Shown: positions 1-12,457 of the stretch, in pieces
How positions within the stretch are numbered: the first letter of the stretch is position 1
Layout of the letters: the number at the start of each line of letters is the position of its first letter
Assembly: GCA_040437565.1 (NCBI GenBank)
Contig: JBDOQK010000007.1
Coordinates: forward strand, 248,001 to 312,000
Direction of reading: 5' to 3'
DNA: 64,000 nt
Source of the DNA: Albugo candida
Taxonomy: Eukaryota
Translations under genes and position numbers: made by a program
The notes under the pieces: generated by a model
Databases searched by the model: none
Told to the model about the DNA's origin: nothing
What the model saw: the letters and a program-made list of their open reading frames with translations, nothing else

Positions 1-282
1 ATGTACGTGCAAGGGATAGTAAATCACTGGCGATCAAAAGCGAAGAAGCATACTTTTCACCCAGCCGGAAAATCTTTTGTCAAAACGAAGCTGAAGGCTT
101 TGGCAGAGCGCGCTCGTCTTCGCGTACGGGATCGAAAGCTTCTATTGTCTGGCTCCGATCTGGACGATTTGAGGAATCGATCGATGATACAAGTGTTGTC
201 ACCATCCCATTTCGTAGGTCATTCCGATTCTACGCAGCACCTTGAAATTATATCGGAGTCAACTCCGTTGATTAATCAGTGA
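1..282 (+). CDS. 3' end of an unidentified gene running in from the left edge
   Basis: Open frame from base 1 to TGA at 280-282, convergent with the RGS gene; no recognisable domain. Confidence 0.4.
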   Translation: MYVQGIVNHWRSKAKKHTFHPAGKSFVKTKLKALAERARLRVRDRKLLLSGSDLDDLRNRSMIQVLSPSHFVGHSDSTQHLEIISESTPLINQ

Positions 283-441
283 TTCAAGAATGTATTTGAT
301 GACACATTGCATCTGCCTTTGTCTTTCTATGTATTACGTGGCCTTGACCAAGGGTAGGAATGAATCACAGAATTATTTCAAAGAACAATAGCGCGTTTTC
401 TTCTCGCAATATATTCGGTAAAAACTTTGTAAAAATCGCTG

Positions 442-1602
442 TTACATGGTCATCGCTATCTAAGCAAGAATTCAATCCGGTCAGAAAACTCGTACTTTCG
501 AGAAAAAGCTTGCTTTCTTCCTATTTGTTGGTGGCAACTCTTTCTCGAGCTTTTCCTTCAAAACTTTTTGTCCAAGCTGTGAACAGAATGGCTTTACGTC
601 CTGCTTCAGCACTGCGAGTGTGCTATCTTTGATGGGTTGGAACATAGATCGTTCCGGGCATCCAAGACGTAACTGAGCAAATTTTCGATCCAATGCAGTG
701 CATGAGACCTCAAAAGGTGATCCAGGGGCCAAGAAGTACAGATATATGTTCCATGCATACGCCTTCAAATCATCGCCTATCTTTCGATCCGCTAAATGCT
801 CGAACCGTAAAATATGATGAGTGCACTTGAGATTCTCCGCTTTGAATTCTATCAGAATATGAAAACAACTTTGACAAAACGTTCACGAAAATATGCATTT
901 ACTGTTTTCCAAGTACTCCAGCATTTCTTGAAACAAAATTTTGTCGTTCAAAATCTCGTCCAGTGAGTACTCGCTGGATGAGTTAATGCGCTCTTCTGTT
1001 AAAACTATTTTTGTTGGCAGATCATTATCAAAAGCCGCATCTTCAAGTGTATCCGTGCTCATCTTTTCAAGTGCTGCACGAAATACTGATTCCATATCTT
1101 TGAATTGAGGCGACTTCAAAAATCTGCCCAATGTATCCTTTTGAAGTGTCTTCACAGCATCTTTGACAGCAACTTCAAACAAATTTTGACGATAAACTCC
1201 AGGAAATTTCAAGCGTTCCATTGTGATCAATCGATCTTCCGATGGTAAGCTTACTTCACTAGGGGAATTAGTAGATAGAAATTCGGCCCATATAGTCTCT
1301 GCTAGGTTCTTGCATGTTACGGCGGCTTCGGGATCTCGAAAGTCGAGAATGGCACATTGATCCTTAAATTTATCAACGGCCATAAAGAAATTCAAATTCT
1401 CAGCACAGTACTATCAATACGATAAAAACAATGAGTAGATCGCAGTCAGTAAAATTTATAAGCATACTTGTTTTTGACAAAAGTCTAAGAGATAACCGCA
1501 TGAAATCGGATTTTGCACAATGTCGTCAATGGATAAATCCCGTCCTTTTTCGTCAAGTACACGTAGCAGACTCTCAATCTCATTCTTCCCTGTTCTAGAC
1601 AT
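442..1602 (-). CDS. Tandem RGS (regulator of G-protein signalling) domain protein, multi-exon
   Basis: Spliced reading gives two RGS-like repeats: 'IVQNPISCGYLLDFC..YCAENLNFFMAVDKFK..IWAEFLSTNSPSEVSL..LQKDTLGRFLKS' and 'LDEILND..AWNIYLYFLAPGSPFEVS'. ATG at 1602; 3' end approximate (442-481). Confidence 0.8.
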
Positions 1603-1994
1603 CCCAACTCTGTCTATGCCTTGAGCGATTCAAAACACTACTTCTCAACGAGTTTTATCTCGTGACGGTTCGGCTTGATTGACGTTTCAAAACTTCGATC
1701 AAGTTTTTTTTATGCATTATAAGCGCAATTTTCTCATGGATGGTTAGTGTTGACAGGACTAGGAATGTGGTAGATGAACGATAGTGGTAATGGCCTTTCA
1801 CAAGCTTTTCTAATTGCAGGCCAAGATTTGCTTTGACTTGTGTCAGATTGATATCACTCGTTAGGACTGTTCATTATGAGAACATTAATCTAGGTAATGA
1901 TACTAATTTTGAAACGATTGGGTTGATCGTTAATGTCAGATTAATCGCTCGCGCAACATGAACTTTGATACACCTTTTCTTAGTTTAGGAACCG

Positions 1995-3718
1995 ATGCGT
2001 GGACTGGTAGACCGCACCATATTTGCTCTAAAGAGGTCAGTCACTATGATCGGATTGCTGTTCTTCCCAACTCAGCTTCTGCTGCCAGTCGTTGATGGTC
2101 ATCTCAGTCATTTTTTTACTGATTTTAACCATGACTTCGGAGCGAGTGTTGTTCAAATTTATTGTCGATCGAATGGAATCCTATCGGTACAATTTATTCT
2201 TTACAAATGCGGCGAATTTTATAATGATTGCGAATTCACGCAGCTACTTTCTGAGCCAGTTGATGACGTTCGTATATATCCCTCCCTTGTTTTGTATTGT
2301 TGGCGTCAAAGCTACTCGTGAAGTAAGTTTACAACGCAGAAATTATTATAGAAGCAATCCGTGGATGCTCTACAGGATCTATTAGAGCATGAAATTACCG
2401 ACTTTCCAAAGATTCGATTTTTTTACATGGGACTTCTGGATTTATCGCATGTATTATTCTTGAGATCTCTTTACGATGTACTCTAATCAATATATTCATT
2501 TACTTGTAGTCCGTTCTGATGTTTTTGGCAGGAGGCAACATCGCTCCGACTCTAACCGTTTTATTATTACAAGCGTCATTCCCACTTTCCACAGTCTTTG
2601 CAATGATTATGAATAATCGAATTTGGTACGTACCATTGGAAAGAGGTTCATGATCGGTGTCCAAAGGTTCCTTCACAGGTATTCCCGAGTTCATCTCATT
2701 GGAGCCGCTGTCATCACCTTGGGCATCGGATGCCTTTTCCTCCCGTCGAGTTTAATGTACAGCTAATTACACACATCGATTATGGTATGGCCGGGTAGAA
2801 CTTGCAACGCTACGTTTTTCTAGACTTGACAGCCCGAATTCACTGGAGCAGATAGACTTTACCAACAGGTAGTTTAAGCTTTTTTACCGTCCACCAAGCC
2901 CATGATGTCTTGACATCTAGTATTACAGACTAATCTACTTGGCCGCCATGATACCGGGATCAGCGTCTATTCTTTACAAAGAATACGCCATTCGAGATCA
3001 ACCTATGGATATGGTTTATCTCAACACCTGGGTATCAGTATATCAATTTGTGGGTGGCTTATTGCTTGCCCCGATTATTCTTGATCTAGATGTAAGTGGT
3101 CCAAGGCATCAATGGCTGCTACGTTGACATCGCAAATCTCTTTTTGTTAGATATTGCACTACCACCAAAAGTTGAGTGGGTTAGAGTGTCTCATTAATGA
3201 AGACAGCGAAGGTAGCACCGATAATTGCCGTGTAAGTCTTCCTTGGTCCCCTTTGCAATTTGAACATTGATATAACTGTGTTCCTAGTTTGGCCTGGTGC
3301 TTTTGCTTCTCTTCATAGTTTGTGGAGTCTCCGTGAATTTATTATTAATCAAGCTTGTCAAGCTTACGAGGTAAGAAAATCAAAGCCCAACTTGCTTTGT
3401 ACCTCAATGAGCGAATGCTGAAATGTCATCGCTAGCATTTCTGTAACGAATACGACGACTATAGCTGCATTTATATGTTCCTTCGGTGCACTCTTGACGT
3501 ATGAGATGACTCCGAGAATTATAGAACTCATCCCAACACCATATTGGACAAAAGCAGCAACTGCTGACGTTGTTATAGCGTCTATTGTGATCGCAATTGG
3601 GCGCATTTTGTATCACTGGTACCCAGAACCCGAAGTAGAGGCAATCACCAATTCAGCAGCGGATAAAGAAAGCGAGTTGTTATTACAGGACTCAGAGGCA
3701 GGAATGAAATATATGTGA
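1995..3718 (+). CDS. CRT-like (chloroquine resistance transporter-like) DMT-superfamily membrane transporter, many exons
   Basis: Multiple hydrophobic exons: 'FFYMGLLD', 'LAGGNIAPTLTVLLLQASFPLS', 'SASILYKEYAIRDQPMDMVYLNTWVSVYQF', typical of CRT/CLT proteins. Confidence 0.75.
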
Positions 3719-3791
3719 TCGTATTTTAAGCGTAAGCATTCTATCTTCTTGTCCGCGATTAAAGTGTGACACAAATTTCGGCAGTATTAGG

Positions 3792-5142
3792 ATGTTACGA
3801 CGATCGATTCAATTCTGGCAACGGAATAGTGCGTCATATAATGCTCGGAAAGGAATCATCAACGAAGTAATGATGTTTACATGGCTTCGATACTGTCTCT
3901 TTGATGAATAATTCTTGATACATCAGGAATTTGCGAATGTGCTGCATCAAATACGCAATTTGACACCTATTGAGACCATTCCCGTAACTACTCTCTATCT
4001 TTGACAGAGCGTAGGCTCATGTCATGCAACTACTTTTTAGATGGAACTGGACACGCCAATTATCATGGAAGCGTTACCATCAGCGATCAAGCTTGGCAGT
4101 CTCGGCAACTTGATGTACGAAAACGCCGATAATAATGAACGACGAATTGAGTGGGCTCTATATTTGTGGAAATTAGCAATGGAAAAAGCTAGTCACAATG
4201 TTTATTATCTTAATTGTAGCCTCCTGAAATGTACTGCTTTAGGGTAATGATCATGCCAAGTACAATTATGCCAGTTGCTTGAGAAAGATTCATGGAGGTA
4301 TCTGGTAGAGTATTCTACGATAGGATCAGCTTTTATTGTGACCATTCTTATTCATTTTAGAAAAAAGCAAATCATCAAAAGAGATCGTGAAACATTTCCG
4401 AGAAGTAAGAGTTGAATGGAGTGATTGTGTCCCATGTTTATGGTTGTAATTGTCTCAGCTCGCCAATAAAGGACATCCACTCGGTACCCTTTCCTATGCG
4501 GATGCATTGAGTGAAGGCGATGGCGTAAAAAAAGATGAAGAAGAAGCGTTCACATTGTATCAACGATGCGCAAAACATGGACTGCGTAATGCTTTCTTTA
4601 AACTGGCATCGCTCTATGCAAGAGGCATTGGCACAACCAAGGTTTACACCAGACGGGTTGATGAACTAATGTGCTAACTTGCGTGAAAGGATCTTGGAGC
4701 GGCGCTGCATTGGTACCATAAAGCTGCAGAGATCGGCGATCCGGTGGCCATGTCACGCCTTGGAGACATTTATTCTATGGGAACGGACGTGCAAAAAGAC
4801 ATTAAAAGAGCCATCTCGCATTACGAAGCAGCAGCCAAACTTGACGATATTTCGGCACAGTATAATTATGCAGTGTTGCTTATAACAGGCGGCGAAATTC
4901 CCACAAACTACCGCCTTGCAGAAACCCTATTCTATCGAGCTGCGACAAAAGGCCATGTACCTGCAATGGTTAATTTAGCTCAGCTTTATCGTCAAGGATA
5001 CGGTTCAGTTCCTAAAAGTCTTGAGTTGGCCGTGAAATGGCTCAAACTGGCTGCGCCGTACGATCCGAATGCTAAAGAGCTGCTGAAAAGATCTGAAGAT
5101 ACCTTACTGGCTAAAATGCATACAAATGCTTCCAAGAAGTAA
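3792..5142 (+). CDS. SEL1-repeat protein, possibly mitochondrial
   Basis: Repeats such as 'GDGVKKDEEEAFTLYQRCA', 'AMSRLGDIYSMGTDVQKD', 'AMVNLAQLYRQGYGSVPKS'; Arg-rich N-terminus MLRRSIQFWQR. Confidence 0.85.
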
Positions 5143-5191
5143 CCTGATTGGACATAATAAACTCCAAGATACGCAAAGTCTCACAAAATCT

Positions 5192-8100
5192 ATGTCATCT
5201 GTTGTCTCAATGAACGACGCNNNNNNNNNNNNNNNNNNNNNNNNNNNNNNNNNNNNNNNNNNNNNNNNNNNNNNNNNNNNNNNNNNNNNNNNNNNNNNNN
5301 NNNNNNNNNNNNNNNNNNNNATCACCACAAAATTGTCCTGACATCAAGGATCCAAAGTCTGATACTTTGGAAGACAATTCGGATGAAATTGAGATTGGGA
5401 CGGATGACATTGCAACGAGGAAAAGCTGTGAATTACATAGCAATGAACAATTACTCTATGAAATTAATACAGATTTGAATCGGTTGTACCCAACAGGAAA
5501 CGAGACGTTTTTCCAATGTAACAAAACTTATCTCGATTTATTGCGGAACGTATTATTTATTTGGTGCAGATTACACTCTGACGTTTCCTACCGGCAGGGA
5601 ATGCACGACGTAGCTGCAGTCGTTTTGTATTCATTCTTAATACCTTCTCCGTGCCAAAGGGAATTCGCGGACAAAGTGCATGAGGAACATTTGTCAGGAG
5701 ATTCTGAAAATTCACGGGAAGATAGCTCGATGAATTTCGCGGAAAAAGGAGACAAAGTGTGGACGAGGGAAGCTCTAGACACCTCCCCTATTGATATAAT
5801 CGATTTAGAAGTCAACACATACCTTACATTTGAGTCAATTATGGTATACATGAAACCATTCTACTACATTCAGTCCAAGTCGCATCAACCTCTCCGATCA
5901 AATAATAATGATACCAACCAGAAAACCTCACCGAGTCTTGAAACTGAGGTCGCACATAGCATACAAAGTTTACAAGAAACGGAAACAAATTCAGCAATCT
6001 TTGCGGATGCTCTTTCAGAGGAAGAGAAGGATGAAAATAAGGAGAATCTTTTTGAGACTTCTGAAAAGCCTTTTCCCACGTTTATTGAGAAAGAATCACA
6101 AGCAGGCCAACTTCCATTGCACAAATTATGCAATCATATTCAATACGAATTATTGCAGCGCACAGACCCACAACTCTTTTATCATTTGCGCAATTTGGAG
6201 ATTATTCCGATAACATACTGCTTGCGATGGGTTCGTTTGTTACTGGCGCGCGAATTCACACTAGATCAAGTTCTAAAGATATGGAATGCTTTCATACTAG
6301 ATGACACTCGTCCACCCATACAGTCGTGGCCCGACTCGATTGCTATAGACACCTTGAGGCTAGATGCCTCAAACGATCAAGACACATCCTGGCTTGGATT
6401 TCCTCTGCTTCGATACGTATGCGTTGCAAAATTATTGAAGCTATCTCCTCGACTTCGAGAAAAAGATAATACGGGCTGTCTTCGGCTGCTGATGCATACC
6501 CACGCGGAAGACGATGACATCAGTGCTCATGCGTTGATTAAGCTTGCAAAACGATTACAAAATCCGATGATAGAAGCGAGCCTTACAAATGCGCCACATG
6601 AAGATACGATTGATGTTGTGTGCTTCGATGAAGGAAGCTTGGGAATTATTCTAACGGCTACCCAGAAGCCTCATAGCCACCGACTAGCAGTCAAAGGCTT
6701 CACCGAAGGACACTATCCTCAAAACTTGGGCCAAGCCGAGGCGAGCGGTAAAGTGAAAGTCGGTGACTTGCTCGAATCTGTCAATGGAGTCTCAATGGAA
6801 AACATAAGCACCGAAGAGATCAAGCGCCATTTGGAATTAGTTGGACGTCCAGTTTACATCGCATTTCGCCACCTTGCTGATCCTGAAATCACTTTTTTCG
6901 ACGACCTCGTTATCGAACCAAAAGAAGAAATTTCGATTTTGAGCAGCAATCAACAGGCAACAGCGGAATTAAAGCCGCATCTATTGCCTGGTGAAATGTG
7001 CTACGCGCATGTGAGAGCAGGCATCAAACACTCCACACTCACAAATCAAGGCATATTTCTATCACACTATGAGCCAGGCAAGATTTTCGTTACCAATTAC
7101 CGCTGTTGCTTCCTGCAGGCCATAAGCAATCACCGTGTGGGCTGGCAGGTACCTGTTTTATCGATCATATCACTTAAAAGCGCTGAGAAACCCACGCCGA
7201 CGTCGCGTAGTGGGACCGCTTTCGGACACGCTCAAGCAGTATTGGGATTCAGCACCACAGAGGCCTCCTCTTTGAAAATCATTATTCGCTGCAAAGACAG
7301 TCAAATTGGTCGTTTTTTGCTCGAAGATGAAGCAGAATACTCGAAAATTATGAAATGTCTCAACTATCTGGCTTTCCCATCCAATTTGCTGGATGCATTT
7401 TGTTTCTCATATGTGCCCAAAGTCGCACCATCCGATCTGGCTCCCTTTGATATACGTCACGATTATCAGCGCATTGGACTATTGGACGTACCTGAACGTC
7501 TACGATGCATCGACCAAACAGCACAATACGAGCTATGCAAAACGTACCCACAACATCTTGTCGTACCAGTTGATTTATCGGATCAAAAAATTAAATCGGC
7601 CGCTTCATTTCGATCTCTGAATCGATTACCCGTTGTTTCCTGGATGCATCCTGGCAATAAAGCAACAATATGCCGATCAAGTCAACCGATGGTGGGGCTC
7701 AAATCGACTCGCTGCAATCAAGATGAACAGTTAGTACGCTTATTGTGTTCTACCGATGCCAGCAGCAAATATGTGATAATGGATGCACGAAGTCAGCTGG
7801 CAGCAGTGGGTAATAAAGCAATGGGCAAAGGGACAGAGTTATCCAGTAATTATCGAGGATCAACGATAACATTTATGAATATCGAAAACATTCATACCAT
7901 GCGACAAAGCTTTGATGCATTGGTCTCCATTTTTAATGCCCAAAAGGATACAGGATCTGTCAGTATGTATGGCCAAATTGAGGCTTCAGGATGGCTTCGT
8001 CATGTGCGACTCATTCTTAAAGCTTCATTGGAAATAGCCCAGCACGTTCATGGTGGCGTGTCTGTGCTCACGCACTGCAGTGACGGATGGGATCGAACGT

Positions 8101-8749
8101 CGAAAATGGTCTCTATAGCAGAACTCATGTTGGACCCATTCTATCGCACTTTCAAAGGGTTTCAAGTCTTGATTGAGAAAGAGTGGTGTAGTTTTGGTCA
8201 TCCTTTCGCTACACGCTACGGACATGGACGAAGTGATACCAGTAACGACCAACGCTCTCCTATCTTTCTCATGTTTTTGGATTGTGTATGGCAGCTACTC
8301 CGTCAATATCCAACGTTTTTCGAGTTTACAGACAAATTTCTAGTCGCTCTTGCCGATCACGTGCATTCATGCAAGTATGGGACGTTCCTGATGGATTGTG
8401 AAAAGCAGCGGTGCGCTTTCGTTTGTGTTGTCACTCACAGGATACTTATCTCTACGGTGTATAGGAAGGAGCTCCTGTCTAAATATCGCGTTTGTCCGGT
8501 TTGGAGTGAGCTCAATGGGCACAATGAGCAGTTTGTCAATCCATTATACTCTTCCTCGCAGGAAGCGCCTGGATTTCTCGCGCCCAATACGTTTTCCAAG
8601 AATATCAAGTAACGTATTCGCTTGCTTCAGCGTTAGTGACAAAGGCCAAACGCTGACACTGTTTTCTTCCTTGTAGATTATGGAAAGGATACTTTTGTCG
8701 ATTCGATTCGACTCTCGTGCCACCTGTTCAACCCGTGGTATACTACTGA
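5192..8749 (+). CDS. Rab-GAP TBC + PDZ + PH-GRAM + myotubularin phosphoinositide phosphatase
   Basis: TBC motifs 'INTDLNRLYP', 'YRQGMHD', 'LRWVRLLLAREF'; PDZ 'GSLGIIL..GQAEASGKVKVGDLLESVNG'; GRAM-like 'GKIFVTNYR'; intact myotubularin loop HCSDGWDRT. N-terminus interrupted by gap 5221-5320; last exon LWKGYF...YY*. Confidence 0.9.
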
Positions 8750-9044
8750 CTCAGTAGTAGAAGCGCAGGCGTACGCGTGGGTCGTAGTCACGATGTATAG
8801 AAGATCGCTGGTGTGAGGCTGACGTAGGTAGAGCACGGGACATGCAACAGACATTCCGTGGCATTTCACTTCAAGCAAAACTGTAGGAAACACTCTGCTA
8901 TTTTATGTCTCCCGTAAAGCTATACTATTTGTTTTACNNNNNNNNNNNNNNNNNNNNNNNNNNNNNNNNNNNNNNNNNNNNNNNNNNNNNNNNNNNNNNN
9001 NNNNNNNNNNNNNNNNNNNNNNNNNNNNNNNNNNNNNATTTGTT

Positions 9045-10412
9045 TTACTTCTTTTTGGAAGTACCTTTTCCTCCGAGTGCTTCATACAGAGCTGTTTGCA
9101 GTAAAAGTCGAGCTGTTTCGTTGCTGGGCTGTATACTCAATACTTTAATGGCGCTCGCATAAGCTAGATTCCAACGAGATAGCTTTGCTGCACAAGTTCC
9201 GATACCCAACAACGCGTCCACCATGTATGGTTTTCGTTTCAGCGCACATTGGTAGTGGAGTATAGCCTGTTTGTAATTTCCATCTCGAACTTCCACCATT
9301 CCAAGTTTGCTCCAGACATAGGCGTAATCGGGATATTGCGCCGTAATACGCTTAAGCATCACTCTTGCACTGTGCACGTTACTCGCATTGAGCTGTTGGG
9401 TAGCGTACAAAACTTGCTGCTGGATGTCGCTTCCGTATTCCCCCATCCATTTGCCTTCCAAAATGGCCATCGCATACTGAACTGTAGAAGTGTCTGAGGA
9501 TCGCAAATACTCGAGTAATTGATTCTCATGGGCGCATTGTAAATGTACAATTGAGACAGAAGATGTCGACGATTGCTCCGATGCTTCACTTTCGGTATCG
9601 ATGCTATCCTCTGGATAAATCCGCTTCATTTCCGAGCAGGGAACATGACAGCCATCCTTAAAGCCTTCAAAGAAAAAGAGCATCCATGGATGTTTTACCG
9701 GCTACAACGCTCACAGAATCCAAAATAAGAACGGCGCTGATCTCTACAAAGACAAACTTCATACCGAAACAACTTTGCGTTTTTCTATGTTGCTAAGTTC
9801 ATCTTGTGATGCTCGATAGAATTTCCCTCTATCGATTCTTACAGATACTATCATGAATTCCCTGTATGTTGTACATAGCAGGAAGTATTGAAGAACCTGG
9901 ATTTTTTGCCACTGAGCAACATATGATATACGACTTCTGGCATTTTTTTAGCTCGAAGGCGTCTTGTAAAGGTCCATCCACAGACGACTCCGATACCTTG
10001 ACTACCGACATTCAGAACTTCCCCAACTCGGTATTTCATCTCACTAGTTCGTTTCTTTGCGCCAAAAGATCAATTCCATGCAGCAACAATAACCTGAAAC
10101 GTACCTTTGGAAGGTATGCTTCTTGCTTCTTCAGATTTTCAATCAGAGCAACATGTCTCCCGAGCGATCGTAGGGTGGAAAACGCTTCATCAATCCGTTC
10201 ATTCGTTTGCTGATCCACTAGCAGCGACTTTTCTTTTGTATTATCAAATTTTGATCGTACAAGGCGCCTCACAGTCTTCCCCAATGATTCATTGTTTTTT
10301 TCTAAGGCTTGAATCTGTTGCAAGAGATCACGTTCGCGCTTCCAGTCAGTTTGCAACGAAGGATGGGGACTAAGTGTAGCGGAACGAATTGCATTGTACA
10401 AAGACTTCCCAT
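9045..10412 (-). CDS. YccV/HspQ-like domain + TPR protein
   Basis: 'KYRVGEVL..GIGVVCGW..VYHMLL..YVQ..HPWMLFFFEGF..HVP..RIYPED' fits the YccV fold; C-terminal TPRs ('PDYAYVWSKLGMV', 'PYMVDALLGIG'). Confidence 0.7.
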
Positions 10413-10499
10413 TGTTTAGATTATCTTTCAGCTTGGACGCTGATACACAAAGGTGTCTAGGGTAGTCAAACGGACGAAATCAAAGACGAGTAGATAGCA

Positions 10500-10635
10500 A
10501 AGATTGGACATGACTGACTCACCGAAACAATGTCGGCACCACTGACATGATCTAATTCCTATTAACCAATCATAGAGCGTTGTATCATGTATTGTCCAAT
10601 CAGAGCTATACGAAGCAGTTATTTAACCAATCGCA
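10500..10635. promoter_or_regulatory. Bidirectional promoter with three phased CCAAT boxes plus one reverse box
   Basis: CCAATC at 10566, 10596, 10627 and GATTGG at ~10502 between divergent starts at 10412 and 10661. Confidence 0.6.
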
Positions 10636-10660
10636 CACAATAAAAAGCTCGTAGGAAATC

Positions 10661-12360
10661 ATGCAAGTGGAAAGAGAAGCTTTCTTAGATCATTTTGATC
10701 TTGAGGCGTATGCATCAAAATATGCTGATCGGAACAAGTTACAACGTCTATTATTCATCGCGGACACTATTCCTTCAGTACAAACTGAAGCATTATCGAT
10801 GCTAGAACGTGACGTGAAGAGCGGAACCGACATGGCACTTTATCAACAAGTTTTGAATCGGAAAGCGCAGTTGCAGGCCACAGAGTCTGCTGATTGCTCA
10901 AAAAAACGAGGAAGGGATGAAGTTGAAGATAAGGAAGAGAATGTAGTGATGGAGGATGCATATCGACATAGTAAAACCCACTCCGACATTGGTTTTAGAG
11001 GCCTCACGGCTCAAGACCAGGCACACATTGATAATGTCAAGCGGAATGTTTCACACACTCATGCGCGATTAGAACAAGAACTCAATTCGTACAAGTCAAG
11101 TATGATCAAAGAAAGCATTCGGGTGAGTGCAGTGCAGTCCTTGAAGGATTCGGAACCTGCAAGATGTAAATTGTAGATGGGGCACAATGATCTTGGTGAA
11201 TTCTACTATCATCTTGGTGATCTACCTTCTGCTCTGAAAAGCTTTGCTCAGGCACGTGATTATTGTACTACCGACAAGCATAGTACAGAAATGTGTCTGA
11301 ATGTAATCAAGGTATGCTTCTCCATTATCCAATTGAATTTAAACATTTCTAAGAAGTTTGAATTATTTCAGGTTGCATTACATCTACGGAATTACACCCA
11401 TGTCACGAATTATGTCATCAAACTCAACCAACTTCTTAATCCACAATCGGATAACGTGTATGTACTCCGCCTGTGTGTCCGGTCTGATCCCATGCTGCAT
11501 TTGCAGACTCAAGTCCAAGGTCGCAGCCGTATTTGGTCTAATTGCTTTACATGAGGGGAAATATAAAAATGCAGCAGAAAAGTTTATAAGCTGTCATATC
11601 GACATTGGAGCGTCTTACAACGAAGTCTTACATTCCGAAGATATTGCATTGTACGGTGGTATATGTGCCCTTGCGACCCTCACACGAGATGAACTCCGTG
11701 ATAAGGTTTGTTTCTTTATTTCTCAAAAATGTTCGGTTCTGGATTAGGAACATTGATGAGTTCAGGTGATCAATAACTCTTCATTCAAAGCATTTCTGGA
11801 GCTTGTTCCTTGGCTACGTGAGATGATAGCTGATTTTTACTCGGGGAAGTATGCGGCTTGCTTGGCCTCGCTAGAAAAAAGACAAGTACGTGTATCCCGA
11901 CACAATTTTGTTACAATACTTTTTGATTTGCGCATTACAGGGAGAGCTTCTTTTGGATATGTACTTGTGTCGACATGTGGATAGCATGACAAAGAAAATC
12001 CGTAACAGAGCAATCATCCAATTTTTCTACCCATACACTTCGGTAGATTTAAATCAAATGGCGAAAGCGCTCAATTACGACCCGACATTACTCGAGAAGC
12101 AAGTATGTCAACTGATCTCCTCGGGTTCCATCAGCGCAAGAATTGATGGCTATGAAAAGGTATTTAAGCTTGAACTTCATGTGCGATAATGGCTCAAGTC
12201 ATACATTCTCCAGGTCCTGCACGCATACAATCCTGGTCCAAGTCCAAAAACGTATGAAGAAGCTTTTCGGGTTGGCACTAATTACGCTGAAGAAACACGA
12301 AATCTGCTCTTACGTATGAGCTTGCTTAATAATCGCATATTCGTGAAAGCAAATGAATGA
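10661..12360 (+). CDS. CSN1: COP9 signalosome subunit 1
   Basis: '[35 protein letters not shown]', 'LYGGICALAT..R.EL', 'FKAFLELVP', PCI 'IRNRAIIQFFYPYTSVDL..ISARID'. Confidence 0.95.
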
Positions 12361-12457
12361 CTTTTCATATCTTGAAGTTGAATTTGAAATAACTACATTT
12401 ATACAACTCTTTCACTTAATACCGCTATCTATGAACTTAAACAGCGAACAGTGAAGA

